Source: a virus. Taken from it: a stretch of DNA of 45,653 bases. Positions within the stretch are counted from its first letter, which is position 1; each line of letters begins with the position of its first letter. The translations under genes and the position numbers were made by a program. The notes under the pieces were generated by a model. The model was not told where the DNA came from and did no database searches. It worked only from the letters and a program-made list of their open reading frames with translations. The stretch covers positions 1-45,653 of the IMG/VR virus record IMGVR_UViG_3300044498_000033. One strand, 5' to 3'. Positions 8,686-17,407 of this stretch are shown here, one piece after another.

Positions 8686-10587
8686 CTAGACCCCTCGCTC
8701 CTCGGGCTCCGGCCGCCCGGTGATCCGGTAGCCAAACCACGTAAAGTCCGCTTGCCCCTCGTACTGCCCCTTGATTTGAATCGCCGTGCCCTCAGCCGTC
8801 ACGGGCAGATCGAAACAGACCGTCTGCCGCGAGGCCCCGCCGTAGGTGGCCGTGCCGTAGAGCGCCGTGCCGTACAGCGAGAGGCCCGACCCAATCGGGA
8901 CCGGAATGTTGCAGACCGTGATCCCATCGACTTTCACGTCGACGCCGAACGTGCCGTCACTCGGCCGGAACGTCATGCAGTAGCGGAGAAAGCGCCCGAC
9001 CACCGGCCCGAACGGCACAATCTCCGGGCCTTCGTAGTCCGTGATTTGATCGTCGCCGTCGGCCGACGTGCCGATGGATTCTTCCGTGATGATGTCCACG
9101 GTGGGCGACCAGCCGAAGCTGCGGCCGATGTTGCCGGCAATCGACTCCGGGCCGTCCCAGAAGATGTATCCGCCGATGGGCCGGTCGGTCGTGGCCCATG
9201 CGGGCGCGTCACCAGCATCGGCCCGTTCCAGGCTCAGCACGTATTCCCCGGCCGATCCATACGGCGGGAGAAACGGCACCGCGACTCGGAGTTCCTTGTC
9301 GCGGGCGTGATAGCCGAGCGGCAAGCGTGCAAGCTGCGCGCCCGAGGCCGTGCCGACCATCTCGCGCCATTCGTTCTCGAAGCCGAGCGAGATCAGCCGG
9401 TCGGAGTCACCAGACAGCACGCCCACGCCAGTCGGCCCAGCGTGCGCCACGCCGCCGGTTTCGAGTGCCGCCACCGCGCGAGGCCCAAAGGCCCCGTTCA
9501 TCACGCGGAGCGGCCGGACGACGAAATCCACCGGGGTTTGCGCGACCACGACGAACGCCGACGTGAGGCCGAAGATAATCGCCGTGTCGCCATCCACCAC
9601 GCCCGCGCGGATCTTGTCGCCTCTCGTGAACGGCAGTTCAATCGAGTACGTGACCGGCCAGTACTGCTGCTCAAAGACTTCCGTAAACCGCAAGACGCGC
9701 GGATCGTCCGGGTCCCAGCCCCACCATCGGTTCTTGAACACGAACGCGAACTCCAGCGCGGGCGCCACCGTGCGGAGCGTCGGCGCGGCTTCGGCCGACG
9801 ACCAGTTGTTCGTCGTGACGCTGACGGCCGCCGTGCCGCTGCCGGGATTGGCCACCTGTCCCGCAAAGCGGCGGATCGGCTCACCGGCCGTCACGTCGCG
9901 CACGTAGACGTAAATCTGATCGACCTGCGGATCAGCCGAGAAGGCGACTTCCGCCGTAAAGTTGAGATTCGGCGCGGCAATGGCAATCGTCGCTGTATCT
10001 GATTCATTCGACGTGATCCCCAGCCCGTCCTCATCGGCATAGGCCGACGAGACTTCGTAGGTGTGGGCGTCGATGAGCGAACCCGACGCCCCGCCAGCCG
10101 CGAGCGTCGGCGCGGCCACGGGCGGCGTGATGCCAAGCTGCGTCCACGAACCATTGGCGCCCGTCGTGGACTTGAGCGGCACGGTGACGCCATCAAGCAC
10201 CGCGACCAGTTCCGCATCGTGCGGAAAGTAGACCTCGGCCTGCGAGTCAATTGACGGCGACGGGACCACCGTGTGCGCCGATGCCGTACCTCCGATGTCG
10301 GCGATGGTGGACACGCGCGTGGTGCCGATCTTGGCCGCCAGCGTAAACGGCGTCACGCCGTCGAGATAGATGCGCGCCCCGCCCCGCACGGCCCCTGTGC
10401 CGCCCGACTGGTTGAACGCCGTACACCACGCCTCCCAGCCCGCCCGCGGCATCCACGCGCCCCGACTGGACGGATCGACATTCCGCAGCCGCCGCGCCTG
10501 ATTCGGGCGGATCATCGACGCCGCATCCCGGCGGTTCAATCCGCCCGTGAGATCCTGCACGTCCATCGCCACCTTCGGCACCGGCAC
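8686..10587 (-). CDS. Tail tubular protein B / nozzle-like protein (633 aa)
   Basis: Size and position (after the adaptor-like gene, before the fibre) as in T7-like gene order; N-terminus DLTGGLNRRDAASMIRPNQARRLRNVD. Confidence 0.45.
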   Translation of the reverse strand: MPVPKVAMDVQDLTGGLNRRDAASMIRPNQARRLRNVDPSSRGAWMPRAGWEAWCTAFNQSGGTGAVRGGARIYLDGVTPFTLAAKIGTTRVSTIADIGGTASAHTVVPSPSIDSQAEVYFPHDAELVAVLDGVTVPLKSTTGANGSWTQLGITPPVAAPTLAAGGASGSLIDAHTYEVSSAYADEDGLGITSNESDTATIAIAAPNLNFTAEVAFSADPQVDQIYVYVRDVTAGEPIRRFAGQVANPGSGTAAVSVTTNNWSSAEAAPTLRTVAPALEFAFVFKNRWWGWDPDDPRVLRFTEVFEQQYWPVTYSIELPFTRGDKIRAGVVDGDTAIIFGLTSAFVVVAQTPVDFVVRPLRVMNGAFGPRAVAALETGGVAHAGPTGVGVLSGDSDRLISLGFENEWREMVGTASGAQLARLPLGYHARDKELRVAVPFLPPYGSAGEYVLSLERADAGDAPAWATTDRPIGGYIFWDGPESIAGNIGRSFGWSPTVDIITEESIGTSADGDDQITDYEGPEIVPFGPVVGRFLRYCMTFRPSDGTFGVDVKVDGITVCNIPVPIGSGLSLYGTALYGTATYGGASRQTVCFDLPVTAEGTAIQIKGQYEGQADFTWFGYRITGRPEPEERGV

Positions 10588-10811
10588 TAGGGCTGCCCTC
10601 CCGCCGGCAGGCTCCGGAGAATCTGATCGAGCATCGACTGACGCTCGACTTCCGTCACGGCATCCGTCTCCGGCATCCGCGACTTGAGGAGCGCATTGAA
10701 AATCATGAGTTCCGGCCCGAGCGCAGGCGGCGCCTGCGGCGGCTTCGGCGCCTTCGGGCCGACACTCCGCACGACTTGCACGACTCGCTCAAGCGCCGCG
10801 CCCCGGTCCAT
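10587..10811 (-). CDS. Small hypothetical protein (74 aa)
   Basis: C-terminal part of ORF 10587..11171, from ATG 10809-10811; the remainder of that ORF overlaps better genes. Confidence 0.45.
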   Translation of the reverse strand: MDRGAALERVVQVVRSVGPKAPKPPQAPPALGPELMIFNALLKSRMPETDAVTEVERQSMLDQILRSLPAGGQP

Positions 10812-10816
10812 CGCCT

Positions 10817-10957
10817 TCACGACGCCACCGCCACGGTCGGAGCCGGCGCAATAATCGCCACTTTCGCCGCCCCGCACGTCGGGCACTTCACCGCCGGCTT
10901 GGTCTCTTTCACCGGGAACACATGCCCGCAGCGATAGCGAATCTGGATGAGGCTCAT
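10817..10957 (-). CDS. 46-aa zinc-ribbon mini-protein (not in the ORF track)
   Basis: Manual translation MSLIQIRYRCGHVFPVKETKPAVKCPTCGAAKVAIIAPAPTVAVAS; its ATG overlaps the TGA of 10954..11727 (ATGA); it fills an otherwise empty gap. Confidence 0.5.
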   Translation of the reverse strand: MSLIQIRYRCGHVFPVKETKPAVKCPTCGAAKVAIIAPAPTVAVAS

Positions 10958-11727
10958 ACCGTGTCCTCATAGCCAGAGCCGGCCCCACGACTGACACCGA
11001 CGCGGTTGTAGGGGTGTTCCTTGAACGTGACCTGCCGGCCGCCCACGGGCCGGTTCTTGTCGCGGTAGTCGAGCACCCGCTGTTGGGCCAGCCCCATGAA
11101 GTACTGCGACCGCTCGATGTCCTTCCGGAGCAGTTCGAGCTTCGACGCCGCGTAATGGACGAGCGCGTCATGCCACGGAATCAGAATGGCCAAGGCATCG
11201 CCATCGACCGTGAACGGTTCGTCGGCGTCGGCCACCATCGGTTCCGGCTTGACGGCATAGGGCAAGAGAGCGGTCCAGGTGTCCCCGCCCGAGATATCCG
11301 GGGCCGGAGTCATGCCCCAGAACCGCTCTCCGCCTTCTGTGCGCTCGTACCACTCACACGGTCGGCCATCGGCCGCCGTGCGCCAGCCGGGGCTGTTCGC
11401 GTCCAGCCAGGCGAGAGTGCGGCGCGTGAAGTCTTTCCCCGCGTAGAACGTCGTCGTCGAACCCGAGACGATCTTGACGCGCACGCCCTGCGGCACGAGC
11501 CACAGGAAATCCTCGTCGGCGATCTCCGTCTCCAGGTCGTATTCGTCCGTGCTGTCCACGAGCGTGATCGAGGCCGTGCGCACGAGGCAACTCGTCTGCT
11601 CGGCAAACCACCGCTGCCCGCGATTGATCGCGCTCTTGCGTCGGGCGGTCGTGAAAATCAGGGAGGTATCCGACGAGGACAACGCCTCGGTCAGTTCCTC
11701 CCCGTACAGCTCCAGAAACGTGGCCAC
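10954..11727 (-). CDS. Tail tubular protein A / head-tail adaptor-like protein (257 aa)
   Basis: Position immediately before the 633-aa nozzle-like gene; no specific catalytic motif. Confidence 0.4.
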   Translation of the reverse strand: MATFLELYGEELTEALSSSDTSLIFTTARRKSAINRGQRWFAEQTSCLVRTASITLVDSTDEYDLETEIADEDFLWLVPQGVRVKIVSGSTTTFYAGKDFTRRTLAWLDANSPGWRTAADGRPCEWYERTEGGERFWGMTPAPDISGGDTWTALLPYAVKPEPMVADADEPFTVDGDALAILIPWHDALVHYAASKLELLRKDIERSQYFMGLAQQRVLDYRDKNRPVGGRQVTFKEHPYNRVGVSRGAGSGYEDTV

Positions 11728-11973
11728 TTACTTGCCTTTCTCCCGATCCTTGAACGCCTTAATCTCGTCCTGTACTTGCTTGGCGCGATTGGCGAGATCG
11801 ATCCGTTCCCGATTCGGTTCGTAGTAGTAGACGTAGAGGCTGCGTCCGTACCACACGCCATGCACCAGCCGAGAGGCGTAGAGGCCCCACGCGAGAAGTC
11901 CCACCACGGCCCCGCCCACGATCCACTTCTGCTTCGGCGAAAACGCCGCCCACCACGTCTTGAGTCCTGTCAT
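11728..11973 (-). CDS. Possible independently initiated 81-aa membrane protein nested in frame at the 3' end of 11728..13713
   Basis: ATG 11973 preceded by GAAGGGGGAGCA (strong SD); MTGLKTWW..WIVGGAVVGLLAWGLYA TM then a charged tail. Confidence 0.45.
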   Translation of the reverse strand: MTGLKTWWAAFSPKQKWIVGGAVVGLLAWGLYASRLVHGVWYGRSLYVYYYEPNRERIDLANRAKQVQDEIKAFKDREKGK

Positions 11974-13713
11974 TGCTCCCCCTTCGGAATGAATCTGGCG
12001 GACTTGGCCGCGAGCGCGCGGAAGGGTGCGTTCAAGAAACGACACCGGCGCCGCGCGAGCGCGCGGAAGGGTGCGTTCAAGAAACGACACCGGCGCCGCG
12101 CGAGCGCGCGGAAGGGTGCGTTCAAGAAACGACACCGGCGCCGGAGCGCCAGGCATCGGCAGATTTGTGCGCGGGATGCGAATCAGGAACGCGTCCATAT
12201 AGCCGGTCCAGTGATTGCTGACGAGGTAGTACCAGCGCCCATCGCTGCTGATGTTCGGCTTCGGCCCCTTGTAGTAAAAGTTTTCCGCCTCGTTGCCGCC
12301 AGTGCCGTCTGCTGTCACGTCGGTCATTTGCGGCGCCACGACCAGCACGGTCGGATCGCCCGGCCGGAAGCAGACCAGCTCACGCTCGCGCGGGATCGGG
12401 GTGCCGGGTGCCGACTCGCTCTGAATGTTCGTGTGGCACATCTGCTGATTGGCAATGGCCGTTGTCCCAGCCGGAACCGCTGTGTTCCATGACGGCTGAC
12501 CAAAGCCGTTCGCGATGCTCATGGTGTAGCTGAAGATTTGATCACCACCACCAGCGACGTCCGAGAGATCCCAGAGCTTCAGGACTTCAAACCCCGCCGC
12601 ATCGTTGTCCGAGAACACCGCGAACCCGTGCCCGTAGGCGAGATGCCCCGGCGCACCTGACGGATGAGAGCCGCCCTGGAAGTCGCAGATGAAGTGCTCG
12701 GTTCCCGGCGTGTCGAGCCGGAAGATGTAGTAGTCGATGCCGGAAGAAGCCGGGCAGCCGGATAACGCTTCGGCTCCGTTGCCGCCATAAGTGCCACTCA
12801 AATCCATGTGCGGGTCGCCGCCGAACGGCTTGGCGATCCAGGTGTCGGCCGCCGTCATCCAGATATTCGCGACATCAGCCCCAGAGAGGTCTTTGACGGT
12901 CGCGGAAAACTTGGTCCCGGTGGCATCCGTGTGCGGCGACCAGATCTTGACGTCGTTGAGGTAGTCCGCCGCAGCCCCGCCGGCCACGCCTGCGATCGCT
13001 GTGCGGGCCGCGAGGGAATTGACGCTGCCCACGATCACGCAGTCGATGCCGTCTGTTGACGAGATCGGCAACGACGCGGTGCCCGCCCCGGTGTTGCAGC
13101 GAAGGAACTCCCACAAGTGGCCTTCTCCGCCCTTCACGTAGATCGTGTGCGGTTCGCTCGGGTTCAGGCTGGTCTGCCAGCTATCACTCGCGCTGTTCAC
13201 GTCCTCAAGCGGGTCGCCGTTCTCGAACATTTTGACCCACGGGCTGACTGTTCGCGTGGAGACGGTGACGTAGCCTTTGTGAACACCGAGATTGCCGAAG
13301 CTGTTCCAATACTCGACGACATCGTGCCCGTCACCGGACGGCGCCCCCTGGTTGAAGATGTTCATCCAGTTGTCGGAATACCCCGTCTGTCGGATGCAGC
13401 CCGTCGCCGCAAGCCCTGAGTTGTGGCAGTCCTGCCCGACCGCATCGGCGCCGAGCGTCAACCGAAAGGCGTCGGTGTTGTACGGCGCCGGAAACCTGAA
13501 CGCGGCCCGCGTGACCGGCAGATACGTGGACGGGTTGGTCTCGTCTTGGTCGCGCACGTCGGTGTCGGTGTATTCCTCGGTAAAGCCGCCCTGCGTGTCG
13601 CTGAACGCGAACTCACCGCCGCCGACCCCAGGCTTGCAGCACTTCTGATCTGACGGCATCCACGCGAGCGACACCGCGACGGCTATCGTGATCAGCACTG
13701 CCTTATCGCGCAC
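11728..13713 (-). CDS. Signal-peptide-bearing beta-propeller-like protein (661-aa ORF as written, including a 3x15-aa repeat and a TM tail)
   Basis: N-terminus MRDKAVLITIAVAVSLAW; repeated G/D/W-rich beta-type segments (SDGRWYYLVSNHW); open frame runs through the tandem repeat. Confidence 0.6.
   Translation of the reverse strand: MRDKAVLITIAVAVSLAWMPSDQKCCKPGVGGGEFAFSDTQGGFTEEYTDTDVRDQDETNPSTYLPVTRAAFRFPAPYNTDAFRLTLGADAVGQDCHNSGLAATGCIRQTGYSDNWMNIFNQGAPSGDGHDVVEYWNSFGNLGVHKGYVTVSTRTVSPWVKMFENGDPLEDVNSASDSWQTSLNPSEPHTIYVKGGEGHLWEFLRCNTGAGTASLPISSTDGIDCVIVGSVNSLAARTAIAGVAGGAAADYLNDVKIWSPHTDATGTKFSATVKDLSGADVANIWMTAADTWIAKPFGGDPHMDLSGTYGGNGAEALSGCPASSGIDYYIFRLDTPGTEHFICDFQGGSHPSGAPGHLAYGHGFAVFSDNDAAGFEVLKLWDLSDVAGGGDQIFSYTMSIANGFGQPSWNTAVPAGTTAIANQQMCHTNIQSESAPGTPIPRERELVCFRPGDPTVLVVAPQMTDVTADGTGGNEAENFYYKGPKPNISSDGRWYYLVSNHWTGYMDAFLIRIPRTNLPMPGAPAPVSFLERTLPRARAAPVSFLERTLPRARAAPVSFLERTLPRARGQVRQIHSEGGAMTGLKTWWAAFSPKQKWIVGGAVVGLLAWGLYASRLVHGVWYGRSLYVYYYEPNRERIDLANRAKQVQDEIKAFKDREKGK
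12009..12143. repeat. Perfect tandem repeat, 3 x 45 bp
   Basis: The unit cgagcgcgcggaagggtgcgttcaagaaacgacaccggcgccgcg is repeated at 12011, 12056 and 12101 without mismatch; it encodes APVSFLERTLPRARA x3 on the minus strand. Confidence 0.95.
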
Positions 13714-14524
13714 GCCGCACCAGTTGCACGAGCCGCGGCCCGAACGGATGCTGCGTCATCGAGAGGAGGAGCGGCAGGCCACCGCCGCCACGCGGACGCA
13801 CGGTGGCCGGGAGCGGAGACGGCGCCGCGCCGCCAGCGGCCTCATTCAACGCCACGACCGCGCTCAGCGTCACCGCGCTCGCCATCGTCCAATTAAGCGT
13901 GTGGCTTCCGGCCCCTGTCGCCCGCTTGTCCTGCACGTTCACCAAAAACCCGGCGGCTGATGTGGCTTCCCATCGCTCCGTCGGGGAGCCGGCGCCGCCG
14001 ATGGTCGGATCTTGGTTCGTGACCAGTGCCCCGTAAATCAGCGCGGCTCCGCTGGTGTCCACCGCGGGCGTGGTCGTGGTCGTGACGCCTGATTCTGTTT
14101 CCGTGTCCGAGTCGGCGACACAGGACGAATCGGCAAGGCCGCTGTACTCGTCCACGCGGATGATGTCGCCCACAGCCCCGCCGGTGCCGTGCGTCACCGT
14201 CACGGCCGTTGACCCGCCCACGGAGTTGCACACAAACGCCACGCACAGCCGGGCCGTCGTCGCGAGGTTCAGATTGACCGTGGATTCAAACGTGTCCGAC
14301 TGATTACTGGTCGGCGTGCCGCACCCGACGCCAACAGCCGAGTCGCCCGTGACGACCCACACCGTGCCGAACGAGTTCCCAGCCGTGACTGTGATGGCGC
14401 TCGACACCCACGGATCGGGGTCGTTCGTGACGGACGTGGATGTTTCGAGGTAGGCGTAGTCGGCCAGCAGCACGACCGTCGCCGCGAAGATCGCGACGAG
14501 CGCGAGGCTGGCCCTTCGGCGCAT
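13703..14524 (-). CDS. Signal-peptide-bearing beta-sandwich (lectin/LamG-like?) protein, 273 aa
   Basis: Start reassigned to ATG 14522-14524 (TAATG overlap with the upstream stop); MRRRASLALVAIFAATVVLLA; Thr/Gly/Val-rich beta-type sequence. Confidence 0.6.
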   Translation of the reverse strand: MRRRASLALVAIFAATVVLLADYAYLETSTSVTNDPDPWVSSAITVTAGNSFGTVWVVTGDSAVGVGCGTPTSNQSDTFESTVNLNLATTARLCVAFVCNSVGGSTAVTVTHGTGGAVGDIIRVDEYSGLADSSCVADSDTETESGVTTTTTPAVDTSGAALIYGALVTNQDPTIGGAGSPTERWEATSAAGFLVNVQDKRATGAGSHTLNWTMASAVTLSAVVALNEAAGGAAPSPLPATVRPRGGGGLPLLLSMTQHPFGPRLVQLVRRAR

Positions 14525-16395
14525 TACTGCGCTCTCCGATAGATGAACGTGATCGCCCCGAGCTGCACGTCCGCGTCGAGGGTGTCGCCCGAGGTCGTGC
14601 GATTCCGGTTCACCCGGAAATACATCTGTTCGCCGGCCGCGCATCCGGTCGTATCGAGCGTCGTGACGGCGGTGTCGTTGAGCTGCAGCGTGGTCCCCAG
14701 GTTCGCGTCGGCCGCGAACACCGTCTCGGCCCAGACCACATCGGTGAGGGCTTGACCCGCCGCGACACAGCCAATGTTGACGCGCCACACGACGTTATTG
14801 GTCGTCGTGCTGATCGCGCGCCAGTGGATCTGCGCGGCGAAGGTGCCGGTAAAGCCGGTCGGGACGCGGCCCCAATACTGATGCCACTCGGTTTCAATGT
14901 CGCTGTCGCCCTCGAACGTCGCAAACCCCGTCGCGATATCGACACCGACCGCCGTGGATTCACAGACCGCAACAGGAGGTACCGTCGTCGCCGTGTTCCC
15001 GCCGAGGGTCGCCGTCGTGTTCTGGCAGACCGCCACCGGGAACGACACCTCATGTGTAGTCGTAATGACGTTGCCGGTCCCTTCCACGTCCAGCGTCTTG
15101 TTGGTGAGGGTCGCCGTGCCGTTCGGGGTCGTGATGCCGTCCGAGGCGTTCGTGTTCGTCGCCAGCGCCGTGAACACGCCCGTGCCTTCGCCTGTCACCG
15201 CAGTTCCCAGGTTGCCGATGGACGGCGTGACGAGCCAGGTCGCCACTCCAGCATCCGGCGTCACGAAGGTTTCGAGGATGTCCCGGATCGCGTCCATGCA
15301 CGGCACGGCCTCCGAACCGTTCCAGCCCGTCGCGTCGTAGGCCGTGCAGGGGACTTCCAGGTTGATCGCGCCGAAGTCGATGATGCCCACGCTCGTGGAG
15401 GACGACACCCCCACTTCGTTCGATGTGTCGTCGAAGTTGAAGATCAGGTTTTCGTCTGATCCTGTGCTGTTGCCGGTGATGATGAGGGCGCCGTCGCCGT
15501 CGTCGTCGATGAACACGCCCGCTGAGCCAAGCTGAATCCTGACGCCGGCCGCGAGCTGCGACACCTGAAAGTCGGTCGTCGGCGTGCCGTCTTTATCCCC
15601 GACAAACTGCGCATAGATGACGTTCACGTCCGCGCCGTCGTTATGCGACAGCTTCAACAGGATCGTGTTATTGGCCGCGTCCGCGTCCGTATCGCTGATT
15701 TCAATGACCGCCGCCGCCGCATCGAGCGTGGAGAGCCAGATGTGCGTGGTGTTCGTCAGCGCCACCGAGCCATTGCCGGACGGGTCGGCCAGATCGTCAA
15801 ACTCCGTCGTCCCGCCGGTGTCGTTGTCGTTCTCGCAGAGCCACGTATCGGTGTCGTCGTCAAACTTGACTGTCTGGTTGTCCGTGCAGGTATCCGAGTC
15901 CAGAATCGCAATGAACTTGACGATGGCCGCGCCGTCGAACCCAATAAAAGCACCCGTCGTGCCCCAGCGGTTCGTATCGAGCGCAATCTCACCGGCCGCG
16001 TTGACCGTGGGCGCTGCGGCCTGCGGAATCGCGATCGACCCCGTAAACACCGGATCGACCGAGAACACGAGCGCCCCGGCCGTGCCGGTCTCGTCGTCCA
16101 TGATGGCCGCGAGTTCCGCCGACGCGTCGAAGTCGTCGGTAGACGCCGAGCCGCAACCCAGCCCCGTACACGTGCCGTCCTCGGCCACCGTGAACACGGC
16201 CACGCCATCCGAGCCCTGCAGCTCGAAGATCGGGCCAGTCGAGGTCTGCTTGATCGTGACGGCGGCCCGTGTGCCCGTCGTGGACGTGGCGAGCGACTGC
16301 CCGCCGCTCTGCAGCACCCACGTCCCGTTCTGCGCGACAACAACCGTGGCTGAGGCGATAAAGAGGCCGAGCAGGAACGCCTTGACTCGTGCCAT
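14524..16395 (-). CDS. Signal-peptide-bearing large Thr/Asp/Gly-rich protein, 623 aa (fibre- or adhesin-like)
   Basis: Start reassigned to ATG 16393-16395, 2 nt after the upstream stop; MARVKAFLLGLFIASATVVVAQ; acidic DxD-rich and T/G-rich beta-type repeats. Confidence 0.6.
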   Translation of the reverse strand: MARVKAFLLGLFIASATVVVAQNGTWVLQSGGQSLATSTTGTRAAVTIKQTSTGPIFELQGSDGVAVFTVAEDGTCTGLGCGSASTDDFDASAELAAIMDDETGTAGALVFSVDPVFTGSIAIPQAAAPTVNAAGEIALDTNRWGTTGAFIGFDGAAIVKFIAILDSDTCTDNQTVKFDDDTDTWLCENDNDTGGTTEFDDLADPSGNGSVALTNTTHIWLSTLDAAAAVIEISDTDADAANNTILLKLSHNDGADVNVIYAQFVGDKDGTPTTDFQVSQLAAGVRIQLGSAGVFIDDDGDGALIITGNSTGSDENLIFNFDDTSNEVGVSSSTSVGIIDFGAINLEVPCTAYDATGWNGSEAVPCMDAIRDILETFVTPDAGVATWLVTPSIGNLGTAVTGEGTGVFTALATNTNASDGITTPNGTATLTNKTLDVEGTGNVITTTHEVSFPVAVCQNTTATLGGNTATTVPPVAVCESTAVGVDIATGFATFEGDSDIETEWHQYWGRVPTGFTGTFAAQIHWRAISTTTNNVVWRVNIGCVAAGQALTDVVWAETVFAADANLGTTLQLNDTAVTTLDTTGCAAGEQMYFRVNRNRTTSGDTLDADVQLGAITFIYRRAQ

Positions 16396-16397
16396 CG

Positions 16398-16724
16398 CTA
16401 CACCGCCACAATCACGACCGTGACCGTCGGCGAGGCGCCGCCGGAGATCGTCGTGGTGATACGCGCCCGGACCGCCAAGACCCCGCCAGCCGCTTGCGCG
16501 AGTGTCGCGCAGCCGCCATTGACGAAGCTCAGCGTGCCAATCGGCGCCCACGTGCCGGCGTAGCTGGTCGAGGGCGCTTCCTCAATCGTGACGACGCCGG
16601 CCGAGACATCCGCCGCAAACGTGGCGTAGGCCCGAAGCGACCGCATCACGCCGCCCAGATCCACCGCCGTCCCGGTGCCCGTGGCGACCGCGTTCAGCTG
16701 CAGGCTTTTTGTTTCGAGTGTCAT
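16398..16724 (-). CDS. Small beta-rich hypothetical protein (108 aa)
   Basis: Start reassigned to ATG 16722-16724, an ATGA overlap with the glycosyltransferase stop. Confidence 0.55.
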   Translation of the reverse strand: MTLETKSLQLNAVATGTGTAVDLGGVMRSLRAYATFAADVSAGVVTIEEAPSTSYAGTWAPIGTLSFVNGGCATLAQAAGGVLAVRARITTTISGGASPTVTVVIVAV

Positions 16725-17407
16725 ACCGTCGCCGGCTCCTTGACCGGTTGGCGCATCTGTTCGGCGTCGGCAAGCGACACCATCCGGTAGGCATCGACCC
16801 GCCCGGCTTCCGGCGTGATCGCGCACGTCATGATGTGGGGCAGCGGCAGATCGAGATCGACCAGCACCTCAAACCCAGCCGCCCGCGCATTCACGCAAAA
16901 CGACAAGTCCTCGGCCACGTCGCGTGGGTCGAACTGCCCCGCCCGGCACCAGGGCCGATCCATCGCGGTCCAGACGTCGCGGCGGATGAGCATGCAGCCC
17001 ATCCCGACGCCGTCCACCTTCACGAGCCCGTCGTTGACGTCAAACAATCCCTGCGCGGACGGCGCCGAGATCGGCCGCCACTTCCGCTGTTCGATGTGGA
17101 GAAACGCCGTCGAGTAGTGCGGAGGGCGTCTGGTGTAGTAGTGGGCCGAGACGATGGGCCGGTTTCGCGCCAGGAGCCGCGTCAGCACATCCTTCGGCAA
17201 AATATGATCGTCATCGACCGTCAAGAGCGCATCGGCGCCCGACTGGTCGGCCAGATCGAACAGGTTGTTCCGCTGCGTGACGATGTACGTCCCTTCGCAC
17301 GCCAGCCTGACAATGGTCACGTCAGCAGGACGCTCTAACGCATAGAGTTGCTGCCAGAACTTCGCGTAGCCTTGCGCCCGATGCGGAATCCCAATCGCGA
17401 TAATCAC
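16721..17407 (-). CDS. GT-A fold, family-2-like glycosyltransferase
   Basis: LLTVDDDHILP (DxD), VDGVGMGCMLIRRDVW, AEDLSFC; no TM segment. Confidence 0.65.
   Translation of the reverse strand: MIIAIGIPHRAQGYAKFWQQLYALERPADVTIVRLACEGTYIVTQRNNLFDLADQSGADALLTVDDDHILPKDVLTRLLARNRPIVSAHYYTRRPPHYSTAFLHIEQRKWRPISAPSAQGLFDVNDGLVKVDGVGMGCMLIRRDVWTAMDRPWCRAGQFDPRDVAEDLSFCVNARAAGFEVLVDLDLPLPHIMTCAITPEAGRVDAYRMVSLADAEQMRQPVKEPATV

Noticed and set aside
10587-11171. 194-aa ORF overlapping the 3' end of the adaptor-like gene
   Set aside because: Its upstream two-thirds overlap 10954..11727 and the manually found zinc-ribbon ORF, and read as Arg/Ser/Thr filler. Only the last 74 codons were retained.
12009-12143. 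Tandem 45-bp repeats considered as a CRISPR array or replication iterons
   Set aside because: The units are directly adjacent with no spacers and there are only three copies, so this is not CRISPR. No AT-rich unwinding region or initiator gene is nearby to support an origin. They are kept as a coding or linker repeat finding instead.
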